Positions 40,399 through 50,381 of a DNA stretch of 64,000 nucleotides are shown here, piece by piece. Location: positions 23,349 through 87,348 of IMG/VR virus record IMGVR_UViG_3300005264_000003; one strand, given 5' to 3'. The notes under the pieces were generated by a model. It searched no databases and was not told the origin of the DNA. It saw nothing but the letters and a program-made list of their open reading frames with translations. Within the stretch, counting starts at the first letter, position 1, and every line of letters begins with the position of its first letter. The translations under genes and the position numbers were made by a program. The DNA is from a virus.

Positions 40399-41243
40399 TA
40401 AAGGAGCTATTAGAAAGACACTTTATTAAAGATGCAAAGGAACCAAGAAAGCATATCGATAGATTCTATCCAACTCAATCATCAGTTCCAGTTAGCAAGC
40501 GTTCATATATAAAGCTAGAGGGGAAATGTCTGAGGGCAGCCTATTATAGCTGTCTTGGGTTACCAGAAGAGGCCGAGTTTAGCTTAACTAAGCAGTTGAT
40601 CTTCGGTATGGGAGATTATACTGAAAGCCTTATTCTTGATACTTTAGAGAAAGAAGGTAGTTTATTTGACAGGAATGTTAAGTTTTTCTCTGAAAAATAC
40701 AAGATCAGCGGTAAGCTTGATGCTATAATCTTAGATGAGAATGGCAAGAAAGTTGGCCTAGAAGTTAAGAGTATTGGAAGCAATAAGTATGCATACGGTA
40801 GAATTTATGGAGACAGGTGGAATAAGCCATTTCCTAAATGGCAGAACTTACTACAAACAATAGTATACTGTTACGCATATAAGGACACTATAGATAAGTT
40901 TATCCTTATGTATATAAGAAGAGATACTTGTGAAATAAAAGAATTTGAAGTATCAATAGTGCCAAGAGATGGAAAAATGTATCCAGTTATCGACGGCATT
41001 GTAGATGAGAGCTTTTGTGTAGATGATATATTAAGTAGATACGTCACTTTATTATCATTTATATCGAAGAAAGAAATTCCTCCTAAGGAGTATCAGCTAG
41101 TATATCCATCTAACTACATTTCAACATATAATAAACTAGGCATATTATCAGACTGGCAAGTTGAGAAATATATGAAAGAGCCTTTTGGTGATATAGAATG
41201 TAAGTTCTGTGGGTATGCGAATCGATGCATTAAGGATAAGTAA
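40395..41243 (+). CDS. Cas4-like PD-(D/E)xK nuclease with Fe-S cysteine ligands
   Basis: C45; GKLD (D109); EVK (E123,K125); QxxxY (154-158); CKFC-x5-C (269-278). Confidence 0.82.
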   Translation: MIKELLERHFIKDAKEPRKHIDRFYPTQSSVPVSKRSYIKLEGKCLRAAYYSCLGLPEEAEFSLTKQLIFGMGDYTESLILDTLEKEGSLFDRNVKFFSEKYKISGKLDAIILDENGKKVGLEVKSIGSNKYAYGRIYGDRWNKPFPKWQNLLQTIVYCYAYKDTIDKFILMYIRRDTCEIKEFEVSIVPRDGKMYPVIDGIVDESFCVDDILSRYVTLLSFISKKEIPPKEYQLVYPSNYISTYNKLGILSDWQVEKYMKEPFGDIECKFCGYANRCIKDK

Positions 41244-42754
41244 TGAGTCAGATAATAATAAAAAAAGATCCATTAGATAAGAACAATTACTTCTATAGAG
41301 ATATATCAGGGCTTGGACTACCGGATCCTAACATTAGAGCAATGGCAGTGAGGGATAATTATATATATATGATATATGGTAATCAGGCACTGTTTCCATC
41401 TGCAGCCAAGATAAATATAGGCACATTGGAGATAGAAGAATACTTTACAGCTCTAGATATAGCAAGCTCAAGTGCTGGGTATTCAAGTACGCTAGGACTT
41501 AAGAACCTAGATACACCGCTTAATAATAAAGCGATTTTGTGGAATTTTAACACCTTAGTCGTTGTCACAAGAACAGCTAGTCCTGTTAACGGCATAACTA
41601 TAGCCAAGGTAAATCTAGACACTAACTCTGTAACGCTAAGATTATTATCAGACATAGATATAAATACATATATACTTGATTATTCCATAAGTGGAAATGA
41701 TTTATTTTTAGTTGCGAAAACAGGATTGTCTGCAGCCAATTACAACAAGATTTATAAGATAGACATATCAACACATAGCGCTAGCGGTCATCCAACCACG
41801 GAGTATCAAGTAGACTCTACATTAATTGATGGACAGTCAGTAAATATATACAATAACGTTATCTATTTTATCGGTGGGAGATGCTATAATAACAACACTG
41901 GCATAGTAGAGTATATGTCTACTAAGTATTTTTCTATAGATATATTAAACCTATCTAGCTCAGACTGCATGAATGAGCAGCAGCTATCTTCTGCTATTGC
42001 CATGCCTTCGTTGATAGGAGAAATACCGCTTTCATTTGAAGGTTCAATGGTTCATATGCCAGCCAATCCGTTTATATATACTGCTAACTTAAGAGATGGA
42101 TCTGTATTTAAAAACTCGGCTCCTGAGGTAATTTCAGGAAACTGTACATTAAATAATGGTGATGAGATCATCTTGCTTAATTTTGCAACAGGTACAATTT
42201 ATATCATAGGCGAGCCCTCATCAATACACTTAGTTGCTCATGGGGTAATACAGTTTTACGATAAGGAAACAACTACGCTTACTACTAACCCGTACTATAA
42301 AAAGACTATTAACAAAATAGATGGAGAAAAATTTGTAAGTATGATTAGTATTCCTACTCCTTTAATTAGCACTCAGGCAGTGCCAGAGGGCTATACTGAT
42401 ATAACAGACCAGGTACTATGGGGTGAAACTTCTCAGTGGATTAGCGATCATTATGAAGGAGAAAGAGTTGACGACGAAGATGATGATTCTAATAGAGTAT
42501 ACCTTAATAGGGAGCTAGCTGAGGATTTAATTTCTAGCTTAATAATTATGTTTAAAGATGAAGGAACGGTAGATGTGTTTGTAGATCTATGGGACAGAGA
42601 AGTATGTATCGATATACGAGAATGCTCCTCAGGAGAAATACTTAATGTCAACGGGTTTCTTCGTAACATAAGCATAGTTGGAGGTTCATTAATGAAAATT
42701 TATAAAGTATATGCAATGACAGAAGAATCCTTCCAGGGGCCAATGCCATCATGA
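41243..42754 (+). CDS. Putative beta-propeller-like virion protein
   Basis: 503 aa, short beta-strand repeats, kelch-like 'IYFIGG'. Confidence 0.4.
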   Translation: MSQIIIKKDPLDKNNYFYRDISGLGLPDPNIRAMAVRDNYIYMIYGNQALFPSAAKINIGTLEIEEYFTALDIASSSAGYSSTLGLKNLDTPLNNKAILWNFNTLVVVTRTASPVNGITIAKVNLDTNSVTLRLLSDIDINTYILDYSISGNDLFLVAKTGLSAANYNKIYKIDISTHSASGHPTTEYQVDSTLIDGQSVNIYNNVIYFIGGRCYNNNTGIVEYMSTKYFSIDILNLSSSDCMNEQQLSSAIAMPSLIGEIPLSFEGSMVHMPANPFIYTANLRDGSVFKNSAPEVISGNCTLNNGDEIILLNFATGTIYIIGEPSSIHLVAHGVIQFYDKETTTLTTNPYYKKTINKIDGEKFVSMISIPTPLISTQAVPEGYTDITDQVLWGETSQWISDHYEGERVDDEDDDSNRVYLNRELAEDLISSLIIMFKDEGTVDVFVDLWDREVCIDIRECSSGEILNVNGFLRNISIVGGSLMKIYKVYAMTEESFQGPMPS

Positions 42755-45237
42755 GATTTGACTTAGAGTTTAATATGGTTTCACAGCTTAGCAGTAATGG
42801 CCTAGCTGAACTATCGGAGATGTTTTATGGCAATGACAACAAATGGCTAACTCCATCAAGGTGGGACTCTCAGTCATTAATCAATAAAGATCAGGCAGCT
42901 AAGAGTAATATAGATGTATCAAAATATAATAACATGTCAAACATACCTAGCTGGCTGTATAGCAGTGGAGTGTCATCTAGTGATGATATATCCCTAAATA
43001 GGCTTATCGCAAGAAACAGTATGATATGTCCTTTGTTTAACGCAGGGTCTGTTTATTTTAATAGGTATAAGTTTAATTGGTCCAATAGTACTATTAGAAA
43101 AGAGGTATTGTTTAATCCTTGGTTGGGACATTATTATTGTGAGGTAGACAGCGATATAGATGTAAAAAGTATTCAGGCGTTTACTTTAAAATTTAAGTAT
43201 CCAGGATACATATCTTACGAAAAGACATGGGAATTCGTAGAATTTATAGAAAATGAAGACTTGTCTTTTAGATCAAATTTAGAGGCAACATTCTCAGCTT
43301 ACCCCACGAAAGATTACAAGATAACATTAGTAAGTTACGATGACGTATCTATCGTAATCTTAAGTGGAGACAAGATACAAGTACGAGATTTAAATATAGG
43401 CACAGCATACGCCAATAAAGGCAGCATTATGGCCATTGGAGAATACCCAGTAATAGAAGAGAGTGTTGAGCTGAATAATCTTAGTTGTGATGATTGTGAG
43501 TATAGATTCTTTTCTTCCACAATGGTATTTAATAATGTAACAGATAAAGATGTTAATGTATTTGTATGCTATGATGTTAGTCCTGTACTTGTTTATTCTC
43601 AACTTGAAAGATTCAACTCTAATGATGTCGTATATGCTCATGCTAATATACTTCCTAGCGCAATTGGGTTTAATAACGGGCTTATTGCTTTGCATAATGC
43701 CGGATCCGCAGGCGGCACAATACAAACAGATGATGGGGTAAATATAGTTATACCTACTGGCCTAACTATAGATGTAGATAGAACAGAAGCATCGGTATTG
43801 GATTCAGTTAGATGTACAGCCAAGATGAGTGGCATTGATAATATGCCAGTGAAGGATGCTAAGATTAAGTTTCAGCTGAGCTCCGTTAGTGAAGATGTTA
43901 AGTTTTTAGAAAGTGGAGCTATGAGTTATGAGGCATACACTGGCATCAACGGAGAGGTAACAGCTAATGCCTTTATAGATAGAGATAGATTTGGCTGGTA
44001 TCTTCAGAAAGAGTGGGTGAGTGGAAATAAAATTAGCATACCTTACGATATACATACTGAAATGACAGATGAAATCTATTTATATTTCATAACATCAGAT
44101 GATCCAATTCTTGGTAAGTTGTTTGCCCGTGACTTCGAAGCATCAATAGAGGAAAGTTATGCATCAGAAACTAGCCTTGAAACATATGATGTAGAAGGTA
44201 GAAAAGTAGCATATGTGAAACTAATGAATCGAAACAAAGGTGGTTCAAATATTGTATATAGCTCATTTGTGAAACCTGTGTCGATATCAAGAAATGAATC
44301 ATTTTTATTTGACTTCAAGAATCTATATATAAAAAACAGTCAGCAAGATATTGCTAGGTTTATTAGCAGTCTGCCAGATTACATGTCCATGCAAGTGTCT
44401 ACTCCAGTAAGAAGTTATTCAGCAGAAAGCTTAGGGTATACGAAAGGAACACTGCCTAACGATGTACTAGATATTTACAGAGCTAAGGTAACAGATGGCA
44501 CGATAATTGAATTTGAAGATAGTATTCCTGCATACGACAATATCATAGGTTATTGGTTAATAACAGGTAGTTCAGTAGACGTTGCAGTTAAAGCAATATT
44601 TGATGATGGCAATAGTTTTATGCATCTCGAATCCAATGAAGTATCTATAAGCACCACTAATTATATTAAGTCAGAATATGAGTTTATACTTACTGATTCT
44701 GAAACTGAAAGTCAGAATACAGCACTTAGCTCATTTGGATACTATACAGTTTCTGAATATTTAGATAATCCATATAAGCAAAATGCTTGTACATATACAT
44801 GTCGATACTCCGATCCAATAAGAAAGAAGTGTTTATTTAAGGAAGGTAAATACTCTAAGTATTATGATACTGACGGATCCTCTGGGATATGCACAAAGCC
44901 AGCTAATCATAATCTCTTAGATGAAAGTGATAGATGTCCTATTACTTCCAATAAGTATATAAAGGGGCCTGATGGGAATTTACTGCTAGAGCAAAAGCTT
45001 GTTTCTGAAGACACTATTGTTGATGTGTATTCATGGGCAGCCCAGGCGAGCTTTAATTCATATGAAGGTAAAGAGCCACATATAGCACTGATTGACGGCA
45101 ATATAAGTCAAGCTACATTTGATGCAATGATTACATCAGGAGATATACTTCCAGTACATGTAATTAATGAAGACTATGAAGAAAATGCGTGGGGCTTTAT
45201 AAATCCATTCATTATGCTAGCTGAGAAATTAGCTTAA
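42751..45237 (+). CDS. Virion structural protein with Ig-like segment and Cys-rich C-terminal region
   Basis: 'AKMSGIDNMPVKDAKIKF...TGINGEVTA' Big_1-like; C-terminal Cys cluster. Confidence 0.5.
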   Translation: MRFDLEFNMVSQLSSNGLAELSEMFYGNDNKWLTPSRWDSQSLINKDQAAKSNIDVSKYNNMSNIPSWLYSSGVSSSDDISLNRLIARNSMICPLFNAGSVYFNRYKFNWSNSTIRKEVLFNPWLGHYYCEVDSDIDVKSIQAFTLKFKYPGYISYEKTWEFVEFIENEDLSFRSNLEATFSAYPTKDYKITLVSYDDVSIVILSGDKIQVRDLNIGTAYANKGSIMAIGEYPVIEESVELNNLSCDDCEYRFFSSTMVFNNVTDKDVNVFVCYDVSPVLVYSQLERFNSNDVVYAHANILPSAIGFNNGLIALHNAGSAGGTIQTDDGVNIVIPTGLTIDVDRTEASVLDSVRCTAKMSGIDNMPVKDAKIKFQLSSVSEDVKFLESGAMSYEAYTGINGEVTANAFIDRDRFGWYLQKEWVSGNKISIPYDIHTEMTDEIYLYFITSDDPILGKLFARDFEASIEESYASETSLETYDVEGRKVAYVKLMNRNKGGSNIVYSSFVKPVSISRNESFLFDFKNLYIKNSQQDIARFISSLPDYMSMQVSTPVRSYSAESLGYTKGTLPNDVLDIYRAKVTDGTIIEFEDSIPAYDNIIGYWLITGSSVDVAVKAIFDDGNSFMHLESNEVSISTTNYIKSEYEFILTDSETESQNTALSSFGYYTVSEYLDNPYKQNACTYTCRYSDPIRKKCLFKEGKYSKYYDTDGSSGICTKPANHNLLDESDRCPITSNKYIKGPDGNLLLEQKLVSEDTIVDVYSWAAQASFNSYEGKEPHIALIDGNISQATFDAMITSGDILPVHVINEDYEENAWGFINPFIMLAEKLA

Positions 45238-45247
45238 GGAGAAAACA

Positions 45248-46555
45248 ATGTCAGACAGTCAGTCATTTCAAACACTACTACCAGTTGACATAACATTTTA
45301 CAGAGGCGAATCTCCGTCTCCAGCTAAACTGAATGGTATATTTAATTATATACAAGCATCCTATTACGTGCTTGAGTCTTATCTTGGTAATGGCACAGAC
45401 TATTTAGTCGATGAAAGTAACTTTAAAGATAGAAAAATGCTTCACAATCTTGCTGGAGCTATAGGCAAGATGGGAGATTTATATAGGCCGATAAATAAAC
45501 TAGGAACGTTAAAGCACATACATTCAGTATATGGCGCCAACAACCACGGAGATGTAGGCACGGGGCTTGAAGCTCCATGTACGTCTTACATTAAAGGTAC
45601 AGGTAAGACAAACGAGTATCTCTCTGTAGATAAAGACTTTAATATACCAGTACAGCTAATGACAGACACGAGTAGTGATTACTATCTAGTTGTCAATTTT
45701 AGAGGAAGAGGCAATTTAAGTGTAAATGATGGAATTTCAAATACCAACATACCACTAGATGAGTCTAGCTTCACCAAAGAAAAGACTTACGTAATAACTG
45801 GTGGAAGCTTTATAGATCACATTAAAATTAATACAATTTCTAGTCTAGAGATATATAGCATCTCCTTACTCAGTGGCAAGGAATGCTATCAGTATCAAAG
45901 TCTTGCATTTAATGTCGCAACCAGTATGCCGCTAGATCAAGATAAATTTTGGACAGTAAAAGCTCCATGTCTACATGCATATACAAATGACGGATTGTGT
46001 TCTGTATCTACATGTCAGTTTTGTATAGGGAATACATATGATTTATATATAGAAGACTCCAGCTTAGACGATGCTTCTAGGTTCGGACTGCCTGTCTGTG
46101 GTGGTGATTACTTTACAAGTGTTCCTGATGAGCTAAAGCCTGATGCTGCTGATAGTTCTATCACTTACACGCCCTACGATCCTGCTGGAAGTGTTAAAAC
46201 GTATGCAATGCAGTCTTCACTACTTATGACAAGTAAAGGCTTTATGGCTAAATATAGGCCGTTTGCAGCATTCGATCCAGTTAAATATTCTGCCGGTGAT
46301 CCTATCTCAAAAAATGAGAGCGTTATATACGATAAATTAGCTGCATATAGTCCTGTATTTTATGATATAATACTTTATGCTACATCAAGACCAGATATAA
46401 TATATTTGTCTGATATTAAGAATGAGGTAGTACCAAATACAAATGACAGATACTTTGCTGTAGGAGGTGCGTATAGTGTCACATCGCTACTTTCTGATAT
46501 ATTAAAATACTTATCAGACCAACAGAAGCCTACAACAGCGGTATATGCAGATTAA
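45248..46555 (+). CDS. Virion structural protein (Cys-containing)
   Basis: AAGGAG RBS; N-terminal 'FYRGESPSPAKLN'; central C-x9-C-x4-C-x2-C cluster. Confidence 0.45.
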   Translation: MSDSQSFQTLLPVDITFYRGESPSPAKLNGIFNYIQASYYVLESYLGNGTDYLVDESNFKDRKMLHNLAGAIGKMGDLYRPINKLGTLKHIHSVYGANNHGDVGTGLEAPCTSYIKGTGKTNEYLSVDKDFNIPVQLMTDTSSDYYLVVNFRGRGNLSVNDGISNTNIPLDESSFTKEKTYVITGGSFIDHIKINTISSLEIYSISLLSGKECYQYQSLAFNVATSMPLDQDKFWTVKAPCLHAYTNDGLCSVSTCQFCIGNTYDLYIEDSSLDDASRFGLPVCGGDYFTSVPDELKPDAADSSITYTPYDPAGSVKTYAMQSSLLMTSKGFMAKYRPFAAFDPVKYSAGDPISKNESVIYDKLAAYSPVFYDIILYATSRPDIIYLSDIKNEVVPNTNDRYFAVGGAYSVTSLLSDILKYLSDQQKPTTAVYAD

Positions 46556-46564
46556 GGTGTTAAT

Positions 46565-48223
46565 ATGAGATTTGACTTAGAGATTCCAAGTACATGCGTA
46601 GACCTAACATACATATCTGAAGGCAATAAAATACCAGCATCTGTTGTTCCTTTGTACTATGTTGACATTGACTATAGAGATAAATTACCTCAGGACTTCC
46701 TAACAATAAATGAGAATATAGTAGAGGATCCAACTAGTGAGCTCGTATTCGAGGAGCAAGATGGTCCATCGTTTGGGCTAAGAGGAAATAGATTTTTATT
46801 AACTAACGTATCTAAGTACTCAATGACACATAATGCAATGGTTCCTATCTTTCATAAGCTGGTGCTAGATGAGCAGGTAAGTGAATTTTCAATTAAAATC
46901 ACAGATAACCTTGGCGAAGCACTGGATAGAAGTGAATATATAGTAGAAGTAAATAACGGCAAGACAGTTATTTTCATGAATAAGCAAGGAAAAGTATTCT
47001 TTATTGAATTTATATCTGACAATAAAACCGTAAAGCGGTTAATTAGTCTTGCCCCTGTCTTTAGTGAGATATCATGGGATGATGTAATTCGTAGCCCTTA
47101 TGACATTCCTGATAGGAAATATAGGATATCAGAAGATGGCATACTAAATACATCTCATATTGGGAAACTTTATGTTAAGTATGATCATGATATAAAATTA
47201 CTTCAATCGCCAATAGCGAATATTGATGATAGTTGGTATTTGGGTATTCGTAATGTGAAATTTAGTAAAGTAGATTCAGAGGATTCAGGTATAACATATA
47301 GCTATGAGGTGCCAGAATTTTATATTCAAAACCCAATGACACAATATAGACTTGAGGAAATAAGAGAAAAAAAGTGCAAGGTTTTGTTTGACAACTTCAT
47401 ACAAACACAGTCAGTGCCAGACTTAGCTGCTATCGATAAGACTAATATATTTATACACGATTACTATACAGGAGAACTTAAGTATGCATTTACCACTAAC
47501 TCTAGCCTAGCTGGAACTATTTATAATAACGTATACTTTATACTAGCAGACGACTGGAATAACGAGGGCGTAATACAGCTACCGATTACAATAACAGATA
47601 GTGACGTTATAACATCAAGCTATTTAGTAAAAAATGAATACTATAAATTCAGGTTTTTAAATTTAAATTCAGTAGAGGTAGGAAAAGATCATTATTTTAG
47701 TATTTACATGAAGCCAAATCCTCAAGAAACTGAACTAGGTGTATTTTTTGCCATAATTGGCAAGACGGATGATCCGAACATAGAGCAGTCTGTATTTAGA
47801 CAAGGCAGAGCGTTTGGCTCTATAGAGGAATACGATGCTTTTATATTGAAATACAACTGTTATCATGTAGCTATTATTGGTATTTCTACCAGTACACAGT
47901 TAGGCATATCAAATTTCACTGATGTAAGAAGAAAAGGTAATGTAATAGATGATAAGGAGTTAGCAAGTAAAGCTTCAGCTGATATATTTTACAATGATAT
48001 CATGCAAGAAAATATATTACTTCCGACAAACGACGTACTAATTGCAACGGTCAGCGCCAAGTCTCTTTCTAGCAAAAGGGCTATGGAGATAGATGGCTCT
48101 ACATTAGAAGTAAGTAGTCTTACAAAGGACTATTTGGCAAAAATAGAGAAAGCTGTAAGCTCAAGCTTGGATGCTACAACTCAGTTTGTAATTGAGGTAA
48201 GTAAAAATACGGAAGAGTTTTAA
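46565..48223 (+). CDS. Virion structural protein
   Basis: 552 aa; starts MRFDLE like the 42751 ORF; 'FTDVRRKG' near the C-terminus. Confidence 0.45.
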   Translation: MRFDLEIPSTCVDLTYISEGNKIPASVVPLYYVDIDYRDKLPQDFLTINENIVEDPTSELVFEEQDGPSFGLRGNRFLLTNVSKYSMTHNAMVPIFHKLVLDEQVSEFSIKITDNLGEALDRSEYIVEVNNGKTVIFMNKQGKVFFIEFISDNKTVKRLISLAPVFSEISWDDVIRSPYDIPDRKYRISEDGILNTSHIGKLYVKYDHDIKLLQSPIANIDDSWYLGIRNVKFSKVDSEDSGITYSYEVPEFYIQNPMTQYRLEEIREKKCKVLFDNFIQTQSVPDLAAIDKTNIFIHDYYTGELKYAFTTNSSLAGTIYNNVYFILADDWNNEGVIQLPITITDSDVITSSYLVKNEYYKFRFLNLNSVEVGKDHYFSIYMKPNPQETELGVFFAIIGKTDDPNIEQSVFRQGRAFGSIEEYDAFILKYNCYHVAIIGISTSTQLGISNFTDVRRKGNVIDDKELASKASADIFYNDIMQENILLPTNDVLIATVSAKSLSSKRAMEIDGSTLEVSSLTKDYLAKIEKAVSSSLDATTQFVIEVSKNTEEF

Positions 48224-48278
48224 GTAAATAGCTTATTAACATAGTAGAATTACAGCTTAAGCTAATAAGGAGAACATA

Positions 48279-49745
48279 ATGTCTAGAGGCTCAAAAACAT
48301 ATTACGTCAGTGGATTAACTGATGTAACAACTCAGCTTACATTAGATACTGAAATTAATGCAGCTATCAACGAGACTCCTCAGTGGGGAGACGTAGCAAT
48401 AGAAAAGGATGTTAATGGACTGTTAGATCCAGCTACTCCAGGGGATCACAGGAGAGCCAATTTAACATTTCAGTTTAACGGTGTAAGTTGGATTAACATA
48501 CTACAGCGTAGTGCTGATGATCCATCTACTGACACCAAAACAGCTTTTAATCAAGAGCAGATGGTAGGTAACGTTACTCCAATCAGAGCTGCTCATGTAG
48601 AGGAAATAAGAAGCTTCCTGTCCTTTATACAAAAAACGTATGCTAAAAGGTACGGTGATGCTTGGTTTAATGAGCACGACTGGACTAGAGCTGTTATGAG
48701 CTGGAGTGCTGGGTCAGGAAACTCAACAGGCAAGATCTTTATGGGTAGCTATGGAGTGGCAAGTGATCAAAAGCATCTCACTTTAGAGTTTGGTCAAACA
48801 GATAACGCGATTATGAAGTTTATACATCGAGCTGCTAGCGGTAGCTACTCTACTGTACTAGAGCTTAAAAAAGACTTAGTGTCCTTATGCGCAGATGTTG
48901 AAATACAAGGCAAGCTTACAGTTCAAGGCGATACAAGGCTTAATGAAGATGCGTACGTAAATAAGAAGCTATCTGCAGCCTATCTTGTAAATAGAAATCA
49001 GTTCTTTTACTTAAACCCAACAAACAATTTAGATGAAACTACTGATGCGCCTACTGATGGTAGAGCGCTGGGCAGAGGAACAGGCGATGTACTAAGAGTA
49101 AATTATGAAGGTGACTTTGTTGGAGGAACTTTAATACAGGGCGGACTTAATCATACTCCAGATATCGCATCGTCACCAGCTTCGTCTTATAGAGTCTGGA
49201 CAGAGGAGTATGCTGGTCATAATGACACCAATCCAGATCAATTAGGAATAGATGCTGATAAGCTAGAAGGATTCCATGGATCTGAAAATGATATACCTAA
49301 CACAATACCTGTTAGAACTAATGGTCCTGGCAATATAATAAAAGGCCTGGTAGAGCGCGCACAGCAATGTAATATGCTTGGCGCTCCCATTTACTATGAT
49401 TATTACTATGTTTCATCTTTCTCTTTAGTATGGGACACTAAGGTTACAATAGACTGTACAGCTATGGCGCAGCAGTTTATGAGTGATTATGGTACAGCGA
49501 ATGGAGTTCCGATAGGAGACTTTAGGGTTATGGCAATACCTCATTTAAGTTATCAGTTCTTCCAGGAGTCTGGATGGGGAGTAAAGTCATTTAAGGCTCA
49601 ATTTTTAGACTGGACAGCTGGACCATATAAGCCTAGAATCATATATGGAGGAAAGAAAAGCTCTGGATATGGATCTGTTGGCGGAGCTATTGAAGTTGTG
49701 CTTATTGGTGCATGGCAAGAGCACTTAAAGTATTTTCCATTTTAA
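48279..49745 (+). CDS. Putative short tail fibre
   Basis: 'IDADKLEGFHG' fibre motif; AAGGAG RBS. Confidence 0.5.
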   Translation: MSRGSKTYYVSGLTDVTTQLTLDTEINAAINETPQWGDVAIEKDVNGLLDPATPGDHRRANLTFQFNGVSWINILQRSADDPSTDTKTAFNQEQMVGNVTPIRAAHVEEIRSFLSFIQKTYAKRYGDAWFNEHDWTRAVMSWSAGSGNSTGKIFMGSYGVASDQKHLTLEFGQTDNAIMKFIHRAASGSYSTVLELKKDLVSLCADVEIQGKLTVQGDTRLNEDAYVNKKLSAAYLVNRNQFFYLNPTNNLDETTDAPTDGRALGRGTGDVLRVNYEGDFVGGTLIQGGLNHTPDIASSPASSYRVWTEEYAGHNDTNPDQLGIDADKLEGFHGSENDIPNTIPVRTNGPGNIIKGLVERAQQCNMLGAPIYYDYYYVSSFSLVWDTKVTIDCTAMAQQFMSDYGTANGVPIGDFRVMAIPHLSYQFFQESGWGVKSFKAQFLDWTAGPYKPRIIYGGKKSSGYGSVGGAIEVVLIGAWQEHLKYFPF

Positions 49746-49757
49746 ATAGAGGTAGAA

Positions 49758-50381
49758 ATGATTTTTCTTAATGTAGATAAAACATATAGATATATAGAGC
49801 ACGCAGCTCATGTTTCAAAAAGTAAGTATGCAGTTACTGCGGATATTGGTATAGTTTCAGACGATAAAAATGCTCAAACAGATGACTACGAGCTAGATGA
49901 CTCTGTTTTGCTGGACTGGGGCTTTGACTTAGATGAGTTTGGTAAAGAAATAAGAAACTTAGTATATACGAAGGAAGGTGAAATAAAAACAAGGCCATCT
50001 GTGGTAGCTAACTTTTATGAAGTTAGTAGCGATAATGTAATTGGTAAAGAAATCGTAGCAGCAGAAGAAGACTTGCTTACATACAGAGTTCCTGTTAACA
50101 CAAGAGTGTTATGTCGTGTATCAATTAACGATCCAGACAACATAGGGTACTCTAAGAATATAACATCTATTAAGTTGAGAGATTTGCTTGGGCACGTTCA
50201 GTTGCCAGGCGATAGAATAGGCTGGAATCACAAACAGGGCTATGTCCAGTTTATCTTCTCTTCGGATAAGACTGGCGTTTCTAAAATAAGACTTAAGGAT
50301 AATTTATTTATAGGGAACTATGAGCTTAGTGGATATGAATTTAAGTTTACAGGAAATGTAATAGAAAGTTTAGTTTTATGA
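49758..50381 (+). CDS. Hypothetical protein (fibre-associated)
   Basis: 207 aa, GAGG RBS, ATGA-coupled to the next gene. Confidence 0.45.
   Translation: MIFLNVDKTYRYIEHAAHVSKSKYAVTADIGIVSDDKNAQTDDYELDDSVLLDWGFDLDEFGKEIRNLVYTKEGEIKTRPSVVANFYEVSSDNVIGKEIVAAEEDLLTYRVPVNTRVLCRVSINDPDNIGYSKNITSIKLRDLLGHVQLPGDRIGWNHKQGYVQFIFSSDKTGVSKIRLKDNLFIGNYELSGYEFKFTGNVIESLVL

Noticed and set aside
40395-41243. CRISPR-Cas locus around the Cas4-like gene
   Set aside because: No repeat-spacer array and no cas1/cas2 seen in the window.
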